From Eledone cirrhosa (Eukaryota), in NCBI GenBank assembly GCA_964016885.1, contig OZ024764.1, positions 3,906,001 to 3,970,000 of the forward strand: a stretch of DNA of 64,000 nucleotides. Reading direction: 5' to 3'. The notes below the pieces were generated by a model. That model searched no databases and was not told where the DNA came from. It was given only the letters and a program-made list of their open reading frames with translations. A program made the position numbers and the translations under genes. Below are positions 26,740 to 38,519 of this stretch, piece after piece (the stretch's first letter is position 1; every line of letters begins with the position of its first letter).

Positions 26740-27545
26740 TATCTTTCTTTATTTGCCACAGGGGCATATAAAAGCGGGACATTACAAGACGTGACGCCGG
26801 GGGTTTTACATAAATATCATACTTTAACATTAATAAATAACAATAAACTATATATAATAAAATAACAATTGAAATCCCCAATAGCGGGGAACGTTACTGC
26901 AGGGTTGGTTTACATCCCGTGGATAGAACAACCCTCAACACCAGGAACACGTTTTGTAGGTGTTCCTGTCTTCCCTCTGTTTATCTTCCTCAACCTACAG
27001 GTTTATATACACAGAAGGCCCAATCATTCGGGCTATTTACCCACCTTCCAGCGAATATACTGGGGTGTAGCACCTCTCTCTCCACTCTCACCTTCCTTCT
27101 GAAGTGGTACTTAAAGAAGGGGATGAGTTGTTGTCCAGAGAGAAAGTTGTTTGCCCTCAGTCCTTATGGGGTCGAACATTACTGCAGGGTTGTTTTACAC
27201 CCCATGGATAGAACAACCCTCAACACCAGGAACACGTTTTGTAGGTGTTCCTGTCTTCCCTCTGTTTATCTTCCTCAACCTACAGGTTTATATACAGAGA
27301 AGGCCCAATCATTCGGGCCATTTACCCACCTTCCAGCGAATATACTGGGGTGTAGCACCTCTCTCTCCACTCTCACCTTCCTTCTGAAGTGGTACTTAAA
27401 GAAGGGGATAAGGTGTTTGCCCTCAGTCCTTTTAACCTCATCCACCATATTACCTCTTTCGCCATAGCCACCAGACAGGAAGACCGCCTCTCCTTCATTC
27501 TTAAATGAAGGCGGCGGGGTGATCCTCACGATGGACTCGGCTGAC
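26740..27545 (-). mobile_element. Tx1/L1-clade LINE 3' end with a ~285-bp internal tandem duplication and (TATC)n tail
   Basis: SAESIVRITPPPSFKNEGEAVFL...FFKYHFRRKVRVEREVLHPS; 3' end ccctgtggcaaataaagaaag. Confidence 0.8.
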
Positions 27546-27751
27546 AAAGACAGACAGCTTGAGACACAACTACAGACGGAGTAAGTTCGAAACAGTTTTA
27601 TATAGAGAGATAGATAAAGACATCTACACACATACACACACATTTATATGTATAAATGAAGTAATTCCGTCGGAAAAGTCCTGGAAAAAAGAGTGCTCTA
27701 TGTAGGTAACAGAGCTTAATAGTTATGTAATAAACAACATAAGGCAATTAT

Positions 27752-27811
27752 TTCATTTACCAGTGGTTTCTTAAAAGCAAAAAAAATGTTGCTTTCAATC
27801 ATCAGAATGAA
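27752..27811 (-). ncRNA. Type-I hammerhead ribozyme motif (GUA site)
   Basis: Minus: TTCATT-CTGATGA-TTGAAAGCAA...TTGCTTTTAA-GAAA-CCACTGG-TA-AATGAA; 6-bp stem I, about 10-bp stem II. Confidence 0.8.
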
Positions 27812-27900
27812 GAAATCCTTGCGTATTTATTGACGTTGGATTTTAAAAACAAAAACAAAAAAAGATTTTTGTTTTTTTTGTCAATAAATACGCCAGGATT

Positions 27901-27962
27901 TTTTCATTCTGATGATTGAAAGCAAATTTTTTTTGCTTTTAAGAAACCACTGGTTAATAAAA
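27901..27962 (+). ncRNA. Type-I hammerhead ribozyme motif, mirror copy (GUU site, weakened stem I)
   Basis: ttttcatt-CTGATGA-TTGAAAGCAAA tttt TTTGCTTTTAA-GAAA-CCACTGG-TT-aataaaa; right arm of IR 27721-27992. Confidence 0.65.
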
Positions 27963-27987
27963 TAATTGCCTTATGTTGTTTATTACA

Positions 27988-28044
<57 letters not shown>

Positions 28045-28643
28045 TTGGCGCAGTAATACAGAGCGAAACCTACAGTCAGTGGGGACCTCTTAACCAAATA
28101 TACACCCCAATCCACTACCCCTACCCTATCATCCCACTCCCACCAACACCACCCTCTCTCTGTAAAGTTGGTACTACAACATCCAGTCGAGATCGTCTAG
28201 GTGTCACGACAAAAAAGAAAAAAAAAAACAGTCCACGCTGTAATGTGGTCGTGTAGGTAACACGGTAAAAAGTTCCCAGTTCCACACTGTAAATGTGGTT
28301 GGTGTTAGGAAGGGCATCCAGCCGTAGAAAACCTGCCAGGTAGTCCTATATGAGCGAGACACCGTCACCCGACCAATCTTGCCTCAAGTGGGACAACTCC
28401 CGTCTAACCCATGCTAGCGTGGAAGATGGACATTAAACGAAGATGATGATGATGATGATGCAGTATGTGTGCGTGTGTGTGTGTGTATATATATATATGT
28501 GTGTGTGTATATATGTGTGTGTGTGTATATATATATAGAGAGAGTTAGAAGGAATACGAAACTGTGTCTAAGTGTGTTAGATTGAAACAAACATAGAGCA
28601 CAGGTTGTCGTTTAATTATTTCCCTCGTTATTTTAAACCTCAA

Positions 28644-29405
28644 ATGTCAGAAAAAGAGGGCATGTGTCCTGTCTGTGGCGAGAATTTCCCCTTTCTCATA
28701 TTATGTGGCCACGTTCACGAATGTTTGGGAGTACTGGAGGAATATGAAAAAGAAAGGGGCTTCGTGTATAAGCCATCTACTTCACCCCCTACCTCACCCG
28801 TTTATGTTCCAAAACGAAAGACACCCCCCGACAGCGCCGGGACTGATGGTACCCTTAACGAAGACGATGAATTTGTTGCTGGTGTCAGTGGTGGTGGTGA
28901 AAGCAACAGGACTCCTTGGGGGAGTCTGGTTCCCTATCAGAGCGGGCCGAAAAAATCTAGACTGGAATCCAGTCCTAGAAAAACCTACAGAAGAGAAAAA
29001 AGTGTTTCTGCTCTCTTCGACAGTAAATGTTCGAGTCCTGATACAACAACACGGGTACCGAGCTTTCAATTTCAATCATCTTCCACAACACGAGGTAACG
29101 GTCCGCTATCTAAATCGCCTTCTACTTCCTCACGGAACCCTAACTTTCAACAACCGCCCTCAACAGCAACCAACACCACCAGTAGTAGCCGCAACAACAA
29201 CACCAATAATAAAACAACCAACGGTGAAAGGGACTTGGATATTAACTTTAATGTTCCCCTGGCACAAAGCTCTCGGCCCAAAACCGTGGAGGCCTTCGTT
29301 GGTCAAACGAAATCTTTTGGTGACGATTCATTCATTCGAAAGATCTTGCTTAAACGTTCCCTGCCACCGTCTTTGATATTTTGGGGACCGCCAGGAAGTG
29401 GAAAG
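28644..29405 (+). CDS. WRNIP1: ATPase WRNIP1 exon 1 (UBZ zinc finger, low-complexity linker, Walker A start)
   Basis: MSEKEGMCPVC...HVHEC (UBZ-like), PLAQSSRPKTVEAFVGQ, SLIFWGPPGSGK|GTAAAT donor; 254 codons. Confidence 0.9.
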
Positions 29406-29726
29406 GTAAATAAATTATGTCCAGTTGTTAGGTAAAGGTGTCTGTGAGTTTGTCTGTGTGATGTGTGTCTGTAGCGAAATCTGTCCACACAATGACCTTT
29501 GGGTGACATTAAACGGTCATTTTGGGGGTTATCTCCTTTCAGACGTCAACAGGTCTGCAACCTGAAGCAAGACCTGAGGCCAGGGAGATCCAAAGTTGTC
29601 AATGTGCCAAGAAGTGCAAGTCTCTAGCAGGCTTGACACGTGTTATTTTGATAAACAATTGCAATACTTTTAGCAGAGTTTGTAGCAGCCCTCATACCTA
29701 TATATATATATATGTGTGTGTGTATA

Positions 29727-29801
<75 letters not shown>

Positions 29802-29829
29802 ATATATGTATATTTATATATATATATAT

Positions 29830-30421
29830 ATGCCTGTGGGTACTAAGTACCCCTGGAAATATATAGGTTGTCTATGATTTAAGGTTTTGTTTTAAAAAAT
29901 TGGTTGAATTTTGCTTGTTCTGCTTATCTTAATATTATAGTTCTGGTATGTCAAATTAATACCATAGAACAACCTTAAATCATAGACAACCTATATATTT
30001 CCAGGGGTACTTAGTACCCACGGGCATATTAACTTCTATTAATATTCTCTGTTATGTTGAGAACAAATCTGTTGTTTATATTTAGCTGCTATTTTTAGTA
30101 ACGAGATAGACAACACGTCTATGCTTTTCCCGCTTTCACCTCGGGTAGTTCACGTACAGGTCATTTTTCGGCCTTTCGAATCTGTGCTAGCTGGCAGATA
30201 ACAATATATTTTATCGTTCCTGGGTCTTTAGCCCTAGGAAAGGAAAATGCTTCTCTGATGAGCTTTAATTTTCCATTGGAAATCCATTGGATTTCTGGTG
30301 TTTTACAAAGCGAAACCGATCGGTAAGGGCCAAAAGAATAGGTAAATATTTAAATTATATTTTTTAAAATTTTGTTTTAAAAAATTGGTTGAATTTTGCT
30401 TGTTCTGCTTATCTTAATATT
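29830..30421 (+). mobile_element. PLE-like unit: inverted terminal segment, partial tandem repeat and hammerhead, flanked by (TA)n
   Basis: 29830-29885 is the reverse complement of about 29971-30027; 29886-29936 is directly repeated at about 30370-30421. Confidence 0.65.
30251..30329 (+). ncRNA. Type-I hammerhead ribozyme motif (GUA site), sense in WRNIP1 intron 1
   Basis: TTCT-CTGATGA-GCTTT [40-nt loop] AAAGC-GAAA-CCGATCGG-TA-AGGG; canonical G-C closing pair, palindromic stem III ACCGATCGGT. Confidence 0.75.
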
Positions 30422-30484
30422 TATATATATATATAAATGAAAGGTATAGAAAACATTGTAGCGAAAAGCTAACAGTATTCCATA

Positions 30485-30516
<32 letters not shown>

Positions 30517-30517
<1 letters not shown>

Positions 30518-31442
30518 CATCATCATCACATCACCCGTCGACTACTGTCGAGATGATGGATCTCACTCTCATGCCCCAGAATCCTCTGTCCCCCATCGCT
30601 GCCCCCAGGTCCTGTCTGCTGATTCCCGTATCCCTAGAGATAACGTCAGGGAATGACAGCTTCCTACTCCTAGTCAAGCTGGAATCAGGGTTCCAGAGCA
30701 AGAGAGCGGATATGATTTCATAGCTGGCACGGTGACAGTGACCAGCAAATTGAGCTCTCCGGGATTTTAGAAGGGCAGAGGCTCGAGGGAGTTTGCCATA
30801 GATTTTAGACAAGGTGGGATGTTGTTTCCAGGATAGGTTTTGCACTCTCATTAGGAGGCGGGTATATGTGCCATCCAATCTCCTCTCAAGTTGTGATGTT
30901 AGTGTCCAAGTTTCGGATCCATAAAGTAATATGGGCTTAATGGTTGCTTGGAATATTTCCAGTTTTAGCTTGTTGGTAAGTTGAGATGTCCATATGGCGT
31001 GCATGTCATTGCACGCTGACCATGCCATACCCTTCCTGGTTAGAAAATCTTTTTTGGAGGAGGAGATATATGAGCCAAGATACTTGTAATCTTCCACCTG
31101 CTTAAGGGTGGTACCATTAAGGGTTCTGATGGGGTAGTTTGGGCTGTTTGCGCATCTGTTCACATACTCAGTCTTGGATTCGTTGAGGTACAGTCCAACA
31201 CAGTTGGACGCTTGCTCTAATGACTTCAAAAGACTCTCAGCATTTTCCAGTGACCGACTGATCAATGCGATGTCGTCAGCAAAGTCGGTGTCGGTCAAGT
31301 ATTTTGCTGGGTAGCGTGAGCTTCTCCTAGGCTGTAGTTGGTATCCCCTATCCTGAATCCTATCCACAGACATGCGCAAAACATAATCCACAACAATGAT
31401 AAATAGATATGGAGCAAGCTGTAAAATTCCAGCGAGGATTGA
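30517..31442 (-). mobile_element. 5'-truncated RTE-type LINE (second family), open RT C-terminal frame, (GAT)n tail, inserted in (TA)n
   Basis: LAPYLFIIVVD, TDTDFADDIAL, YKYLGS, LLYGSETW, RRAQFAGHC. Confidence 0.9.
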
Positions 31443-31684
31443 GAAATATATATATATATATATAGGTGTGTGTGTATATATGTCTATATATATATATAGG
31501 TGTGTGTGTGTGTGTATGTATATTTGTATATATATATATATATATATATATGCAGAGGTTATATTTAATTTGTTGGGATTCAACAAGCTTAAAATTTTTT
31601 ATAACTGATATAAAGCACTCAACAAATGGTAGAGTAAATACACAATATATTAATAAATGGAAACTATATTTATAAAACCATAAT

Positions 31685-31750
31685 TATTTTATTATATATA
31701 TTTCAAGGGCAACCAAGGCAAATGTTGGTGCGCTTTCATCAGATAAAATA
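31685..31750 (-). ncRNA. Type-I hammerhead ribozyme motif (AUA site)
   Basis: Minus: TATTTTAT-CTGATGA-AAGCGCACCAA...TTGGTTGCCCTT-GAAA-TATATA-TA-ATAAAATA; 8-bp stem I, palindromic ATATATAT stem III. Confidence 0.75.
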
Positions 31751-31759
31751 CAAATTTGT

Positions 31760-32095
31760 TATCATTTCATTTTACGACCGCTTTTTCCCTGCTTGCAAGG
31801 GTGGAACGGGAACTGATGCTGGTTTTATTTCTACAGCTGGATGCCCTTCCTAACACCAACCTCATTTACAGTGAGTGCTGGGTGCTTTTTTGCCGTGGCA
31901 CCTCCACGACCACTTTGCAGTGGAATGATATGGACCCCAGTCCCTATCATCTCATTTCTACAGCTGAGTAAACTGGAGCAATGTAAAATAAGGTGTCTTG
32001 CTCAAGGAAACAACACATCACCCGGTCTGAGAATTGAACTCACAACATTTCGATTGCAAGGCCAATTCTCTAACCACTAAGCCATGTGCCTCCAT
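31760..32095 (-). mobile_element. tRNA-derived SINE family A
   Basis: Nearly colinear with 23785-24170. Confidence 0.85.
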
Positions 32096-32322
32096 GAAAA
32101 TAAGTATTATTTTCAGCGAAAAGTGATATAGTTATTGCTTTAAAACTGATAGCGAATGGTCTTCTAAATGTTTGTAATTAAACATACGGTATATTGCCAA
32201 ATATACTATACATACATTCATGTAAACATCGCTATTTCAGGGCACCAATACTAATATATATATATATGTGTATGTGTGTGTTTTGTTGTTGTTGTCATTA
32301 CTGTTGCATCATCTCTGTACAG

Positions 32323-32517
32323 ACCACCATTGCCAAGTTGATCAGCTGCCAATGTAAAGAAGACTTGTCTGCCAAGGTGATAACAATGTCTGCCACAAAC
32401 TCAGGTGTTAACGATGTGAAGCAAGCCGTACAGACCGCCACCACCAACAAGAAGATGTTTAATATGAAAACCATTGTCTTTATTGATGAGATACACCGCT
32501 TCAACAAGATACAGCAG
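32323..32517 (+). CDS. WRNIP1: WRNIP1 exon 2 (Walker A end, Walker B)
   Basis: tacag|TTIAKL...SATNSGVNDVK...IVFIDEIHRFNKIQQ|gtaaca; 195 nt, phase 0/0. Confidence 0.93.
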
Positions 32518-32970
32518 GTAACACAACCACCACCACCGTCATTTTCATGACCACCACCATCATCATCGTCGTCACCATCATTACCATCACCATCGTTTCC
32601 ATGACCATCATCACCATTATCTTCATCACCCTCACCACCATTGCCATCATCATCACCATCATCAGTAGCAGCAGCAGCACCATCACCACCACCTCCTCTG
32701 AAAGGTGTAGTTTCTTAAAATCAGTTCTCACCACCTCCACCCAGGTCATCCTTGGTCCTCACCGCCCTTCCTCTAGGAACTTCTTCACCCAACAATTACC
32801 ACCAGGAGGCCTCACATGTTTAAAATCTTCATAATATATAACGTGGTAAGAGATAGAAGTCTAAACAATGTGAAATGGACTTTAAGATGAGGTAACAAAA
32901 AAGTTACCTGGTAATCTTTGGTTTGTTTTGGGTTTCCTTCTGTCCTAATATTTTGGGGCTAAAAGTCCCT

Positions 32971-35377
32971 AAACCCTTTAATGTTCAAACTGGCCATATC
33001 CAGCCACTCATACTAACATTAATAATATCACAATATTATAGATTCGAAATTATGTGAGGTAAAGCCTTTACTGTGAAAATACAATAGTATATATGGAGTA
33101 ATGTAAATGTTATGTGAGATATTATGTGAGGTAAAGCCTTTACTGTGAAAATACAATAGTATATATAGAGTAATGTAAATGTTATGTGAGATATTATGTG
33201 AGGTAAAGCCTTTACTGTGAAAATACAATAGTATATATAGAGTAATGTAAATGTTATGTGAGATATTATGTGAGGTAAAGCCTTTACTGTGAAAATACAA
33301 TAGTGTATATAGAGTAATGTAAATGTTATGGGAGGTAAAGCCTTTACTGTAAAAATACAATAGTATATATAGAGTAATGTAAAAGTTATGTGAGATATTA
33401 TGTGAGGTAAAGCCTTTACTGTGAAAATACAATAGTGTATATAGAGTAATGTAAATGTTATGTGAGGTAAAGCCTCTACTGTGAAAATACAATAGTATAT
33501 ATAGAGTAATGTAAATGTTATGTGAGATATTATGTGAGGTAAAGCCTTTACTGTGACAATACAATAGTATATATAGAGAAATGTAAATGTTATGTGAGAT
33601 ATTATGTGAGGTAAAGCCTTTACTGTGAAAATACAATAGTATATATAGAGTAATGTAAATGTTATGTGAGATATTATGTGAGGTAAAGCCTTTACTGTGA
33701 AGATACAATAGTATATATAGAGTAATGTAAATGCTATGTGAGATATTATGTGAGGTAAAGCCTTTACTGTGAAAATACAATAGTATATATAGAGAAATGT
33801 AAATGTTATGTGAGATATTATGTGAGGTAAAGCCTTTACTGTGAAAATACAATAGTATATATAGAGTAATGTAAATGTTATGTGAGATATTATGTGAGGT
33901 AAAGCCTTTACTGTGAAAATACAATAGTATATATAGAGTAATGTAAATGTTATATGAGGTAAAGCCTTTACTGTGACAATACAATAGTATATATAGAGAA
34001 ATGTAAATGTTATGTGAGATATTATGTGAGGTAAAGCCTTTACTGTGAAAATACAATAGTGTATATAGAGTAATGTAAATGTTATGTGAGGTAAAGCCTC
34101 TACTGTGAAAATACAATAGTATATATAGAGTAATGTAAATGTTATGTGAGGTAAAGCCTTTACTGTGACAATACAATAGTATATATAGAGAAATGTAAAT
34201 GTTATGTGAGATATTATGTGAGGTAAAGCCTTTACTGTGAAGATACAATAGTATATATAGAGTAATGTAAATGCTATGTGAGATATTATGTGAGGTAAAG
34301 CCTTTACTGTGAAAATACAATAGTATATATAGAGTAATGTAAATGTTATGTGAGGTAAAGCCTTTACTGTGAAAATACGATAGTATATATAGAGTAATGT
34401 AAATGTTATGTGAGGTAAAGCCTTTACTGTGAAAATACGATAGTATATATAGAGTAATGTAAATGTTATGTGAGGTAAAGCCTTTACTGTGAAAATACAA
34501 TAGTATATATAGAGAAATGTAAATGTTATGTGAGATATTATGTGAGGTAAAGCCTTTACTGTGAAAATACAATAGTATATATAGAGTAATGTAAAAGTTA
34601 TGTGAGATATTATGTGAGGTAAAGCCTTTACTGTGAAAATACAATAGTATATATAGAGTAATGTAAATGTTATGTGAGGTAAAGCCTTTACTGTGAAAAT
34701 ACGATAGTATATATAGAGTAATGTAAATGTTATGTGAGGTAAAGCCTTTACTGTGACAATACAATAGTATATATAGAGTAATGTAAATGTTATGTGAGAT
34801 ATTATGTGAGGTAAAGCCTATACTGTGACAATACAATAGTATATATAGAGTAATGTAAATGTTATGTGAGATATTATGTGAGGTAAAGCCTTTACTGTGA
34901 AAATACAATAGTATATATAGAGTAATGTAAATGTTATGTGAGATATTATGTGAGGTAAAGCCTTTACTGTGACAATACAATAGTATATATAGAGTAATGT
35001 AAATGTTATGTGAGATATTATGTGAGGTAAAGCCTATACTGTGACAATACAATAGTATATATAGAGTAATGTAAATGTTATGTGAGATATTATGTGAGGT
35101 AAAGCCTTTACTGTGACAATACAATAGTATATATAGAGTAATGTAAATGTTATGTGAGATATTATGTGAGATAAAGCCTTTACTGTGAAAATACAATAGT
35201 ATATATAGAGTAATGTAAATGTTATGTGAGATATTATGTGAGGTAAAGCCTTTACTGTGACAATACAATAGTATATATAGAGTAATGTAAATGTTATGTG
35301 AGATATTATGTGAGGTAAAGCTTTTACTGTGACAATACAATAGTATATATAGAGTAATGTAAATGTTAAAGGGTTAA
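32971..35377. mobile_element. piggyBac-like MITE (CCCTTT...AAAGGG-TTAA ends) containing the expanded satellite
   Basis: Left taaaccctttaatgttcaaac, right gtaaatgttaaagggttaa; similar ends at about 22640, 23590, 36745 and 52625. Confidence 0.55.
33048..35367. repeat. 72/60-bp satellite in WRNIP1 intron 2
   Basis: ttatgtgaggtaaagcctttactgtgaaaatacaatagtatatatagagtaatgtaaatg, with or without a 12-bp ttatgtgagata. Confidence 0.97.
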
Positions 35378-35424
35378 GGAACTTTCAGAGGATAATGTTC
35401 ATGTTTTTTTTTTATTAACGACAG

Positions 35425-35657
35425 GACTCCTTACTTCCACATGTTGAAATCGGGACTTTTATTCTACTTGGAGCCACAACAGAGAACCCATCGTTCCATG
35501 TCATTTCCGCTCTCCTCAGTCGATGTCATGTCGTAGTGTTGGAGAAGCTGAGTATAAATGACATCTCAACAATATTGACAAATGCCGTCGAATCGCTGAA
35601 TATCAAATGTTTCTCTGATGTCAATGAGATAGATAACATTCTAGCCGACAATGACAG
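35425..35657 (+). CDS. WRNIP1: WRNIP1 exon 3 (absent from ORF track)
   Basis: acag|DSLLPHVEIGTFILLGATTENPSFHVISALLSRCHVVVLEKL...DND-AG|gtgagg; GATTENPSF is the MgsA/WRNIP1 signature; phase 0/2. Confidence 0.95.
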
Positions 35658-35725
35658 GTGAGGTTATTTGACTGTTCTTACCTGTCTGCTGGCCGTGGCA
35701 AAAGAGGTTGAGTGGGCGACACATA

Positions 35726-36575
35726 CAGGGCCGGTGCTACCAGATAGACAAACTAGGCAGCCACCTGGGGCCCTGATGTCAGGGGCCCCTACCATATAGA
35801 CAAACTAGGCAGCCCCCTAGGGTACTGGTTTCAGGGGGCACTACCATATAGACAAACTAGGGAGCTGATGTCAGGGGCCCCTACCATATAGACAAACTAG
35901 GCAGCTCCCTAGGGCGCTGGTTTCAGGGGGCATTACCATATAGACAAACTAGGGAGCTGATTTCAGGGGCCCCTACCATATAGACAAACTAGGCAGCCCC
36001 CTAGGGTGCTAGTTTCAGGGGGCACTACCATATAGACAAACTAGGGAGCTGATGTCAGAGGCCCCTACCATATAGACAAACTAGACAGCCCCCTAGGGCG
36101 CTGGTTTCAGGGGGCATTACCATATAGACAAACTAGGGAGCTGATTTCAGGGGCCCCTACCATATAGACAAACTAGGCAGCCCCCTAGGGCGCTGGTTTC
36201 AGGGGGCATTACCATATAGACAAACTAGAGAGCTGATTTCAGGGGCCTCTACCATATAGACAAACTAGGCAGCTCCCTAGGGTGCTAGTTTCAGGGGGCA
36301 CTACCATATAGATAAACTAGAGAGCTGATGTCAGGAGCCCCGACCATATAGACAAACTAGGTAGCTCCCTAGGGTGCTAGTTTCAGGGGGCACTACCATA
36401 TAGATAAACTAGGGAGCTGATGTCAGGAGCCCCGACCATATAGACAAACTAGGTAGCCCCCTAGGGTGCTGGTTTCTGGAGGCACTACCATATAGACAAA
36501 CTAGGGAGCTGATGTCAGGAGCCCCTACCATATAGACAAACTAGGCAGCCCCCTAGGGCGCTGGTTTCAGGGGCT
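35726..36575. repeat. Dimeric (~52 + ~40 bp) satellite grown from a CAGGGCCGG-type MITE terminus
   Basis: Alternating ctaccatatagacaaactaggcagccccctaggg... and ctaccatatagacaaactagggagctga... units. Confidence 0.85.
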
Positions 36576-36998
36576 CATTTCTCCAAATCAACAACAATTT
36601 TGAGAAAAAAAAAGAAAAGAAGAAATTTCTGTTTAAAGAGACAAATAAATGTTAAAAAACCAGAAAACCAGGTATCGAACTATGGAAGTAACTGGAGCAG
36701 AAAGCTTACCAAGTAGTATATATAGAGTAATGTAAATGGTAAAGGGTTAAAGAGGAAAATCGGGGTTGGAGAGGAAAGTGGTGCCTTACAACCAGTTTGT
36801 TGAAAGGTGGACGAGAGTGGGGAGCATGGTCTGAGTAAACGGGGGCCTTCTCTAAGTATACATTTGTAGATTGGAGAGGGAAGTGCTCCCTTTCAACCAT
36901 TGACTCTCTCTCACTCACTCTCTCACACACTCACACTCACTCTCAGTCTCTCTCACTCACTCTCTCACACACTCACACTCACTCTCACTCTCTCTCAG

Positions 36999-37252
36999 CA
37001 GCAAACTCGGACGCAATGTGTGGATCAACAGCAAAGTTATCGAAGAGATTGCCTCCCTTTGTGACGGAGATGCTCGTGTTGCCCTCAACTGCCTGCAGAT
37101 GGCAGTGCAGAGCCAGACCCAAAGGGACACAGGAAAAGATGATGGTGGTGGTGACAAAGACATGGAAATTCCAGAGAATTCTCCGACGATCATTAATGTG
37201 GATTGTGTTAAGGACTGCCTGGAAAGATCCTGTATTCTCTATGATAAAAAGG
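36999..37252 (+). CDS. WRNIP1: WRNIP1 exon 4
   Basis: CAGCAG tandem acceptor; IASLCDGDARVALNCLQ...CILYDKKG|gtcagt; phase 2/1. Confidence 0.9.
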
Positions 37253-37439
37253 GTCAGTAAATATACTGTATATAACATCATCATTGATTAACATCCATCT
37301 TCCACACTAGCATGGGTTAGACAGGTCCTATTTTGAGGCAAGTTGTGTCGGGTGAGCCTGTCTTGCTCATAAAGGGGTGTTTTCGGCTGGTTTTCTATGG
37401 CTGGATGTCCTTCCTAACACCAACCACATTGACAGTGTG

Positions 37440-38365
37440 GACTAGGAGCTTTTTGTTGTGACACCTACATGACCACTTTACAGAGTGGACTGGGTGCTTT
37501 TTGTTGTGACACCTACATGACCACTTTACAGTGTGGACTGGGTACTTTTTGTTGTGACACTTACATGACCACTTTACAGTGTGGACTGGGTACTTTTTGT
37601 TGTGACACCTACATGACCACTTTACAGAGTGGACTGGGTGCTTTTTGTTGTGACACCTACATGACCACTTTACAGTGTGGACTGGGTACTTTTTGTTGTG
37701 ACACCTACATGACTTCTTTACAGTGTGGACTGGGTGCTGTTTGTTGTGACACCTACATGACCACTTTACAGTGTGGACTGGGTACTTTTTGTTGTGACAC
37801 CTACATGACTTCTTTACAGTGTGGACTGGGTGCTTTTTGTTGTGACACCTACATGACCACTTTACAGTGTGGGCTGGGTGTTGTTTGTTGTGACACCTAC
37901 ATGACCACTTTACAGTGTGGACTGGGTGCTTTTTGTTGTGACACCTACATGACCACTTTACAGTGTGGGCTGGGTGTTGTTTGTTGTGACACCTACATGA
38001 CCACTTTACAGTGTGGGCTGGGTGTTGTTTGTTGTGACACCTACATGACCACTTTACAGTGTGGACTGGGTGCTTTTTGTTGTGACACCTACATGACCAC
38101 TTTACACTGTGGGCTGGGTGTTGTTTGTTGTGACACCTACATGACCACTTTACAGTGTGGACTGGGTACTTTTTGTTGTGACACCTACTTGACCACTTTA
38201 CAGTGTGGACTGGGTACTTTTTGTTGTGACACCTACATGACCACTTTACAGTGTGGACTGGGTGCTTTTTGTTGTGACACCTACATGACCACTTTACAGA
38301 GTGTACTGGGTGTTGTTTGTTGTGACACCTACATGACCACTTTACAGTGTGGTCTGGGTATTTTT
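37440..38365. repeat. 44-45-bp minisatellite amplified from within an RTE 3'-UTR repeat
   Basis: ttgttgtgacacctacatgaccactttacagtgtggactgggtgcttt repeated about 20 times. Confidence 0.92.
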
Positions 38366-38519
38366 GCCGTGTCTTTTACATGTCCACTTTACTCAAATAT
38401 AAACCAAACACCCCCTATTTTATATCTGAGAACCAGGCAAAAATCCAAAGCCCAGTTATAAACCGAGGCAGCTTATTACCACACAAGATATGAGTTGATT
38501 GTATTAATCTAGTCTGTTG

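Noticed and set aside
28605-28643. ORF-track N-terminal extension of WRNIP1
   Set aside because: Starts at TTG; first ATG is 28644, just before the UBZ finger as expected
33028-35340. 770-aa repetitive ORF
   Set aside because: 72/60-bp satellite without stops in one frame; lies inside intron 2 and a MITE
37469-38461. Cys-rich 330-aa ORF resembling a metallothionein or keratin-associated protein
   Set aside because: Minisatellite derived from the non-coding RTE 3' UTR repeat
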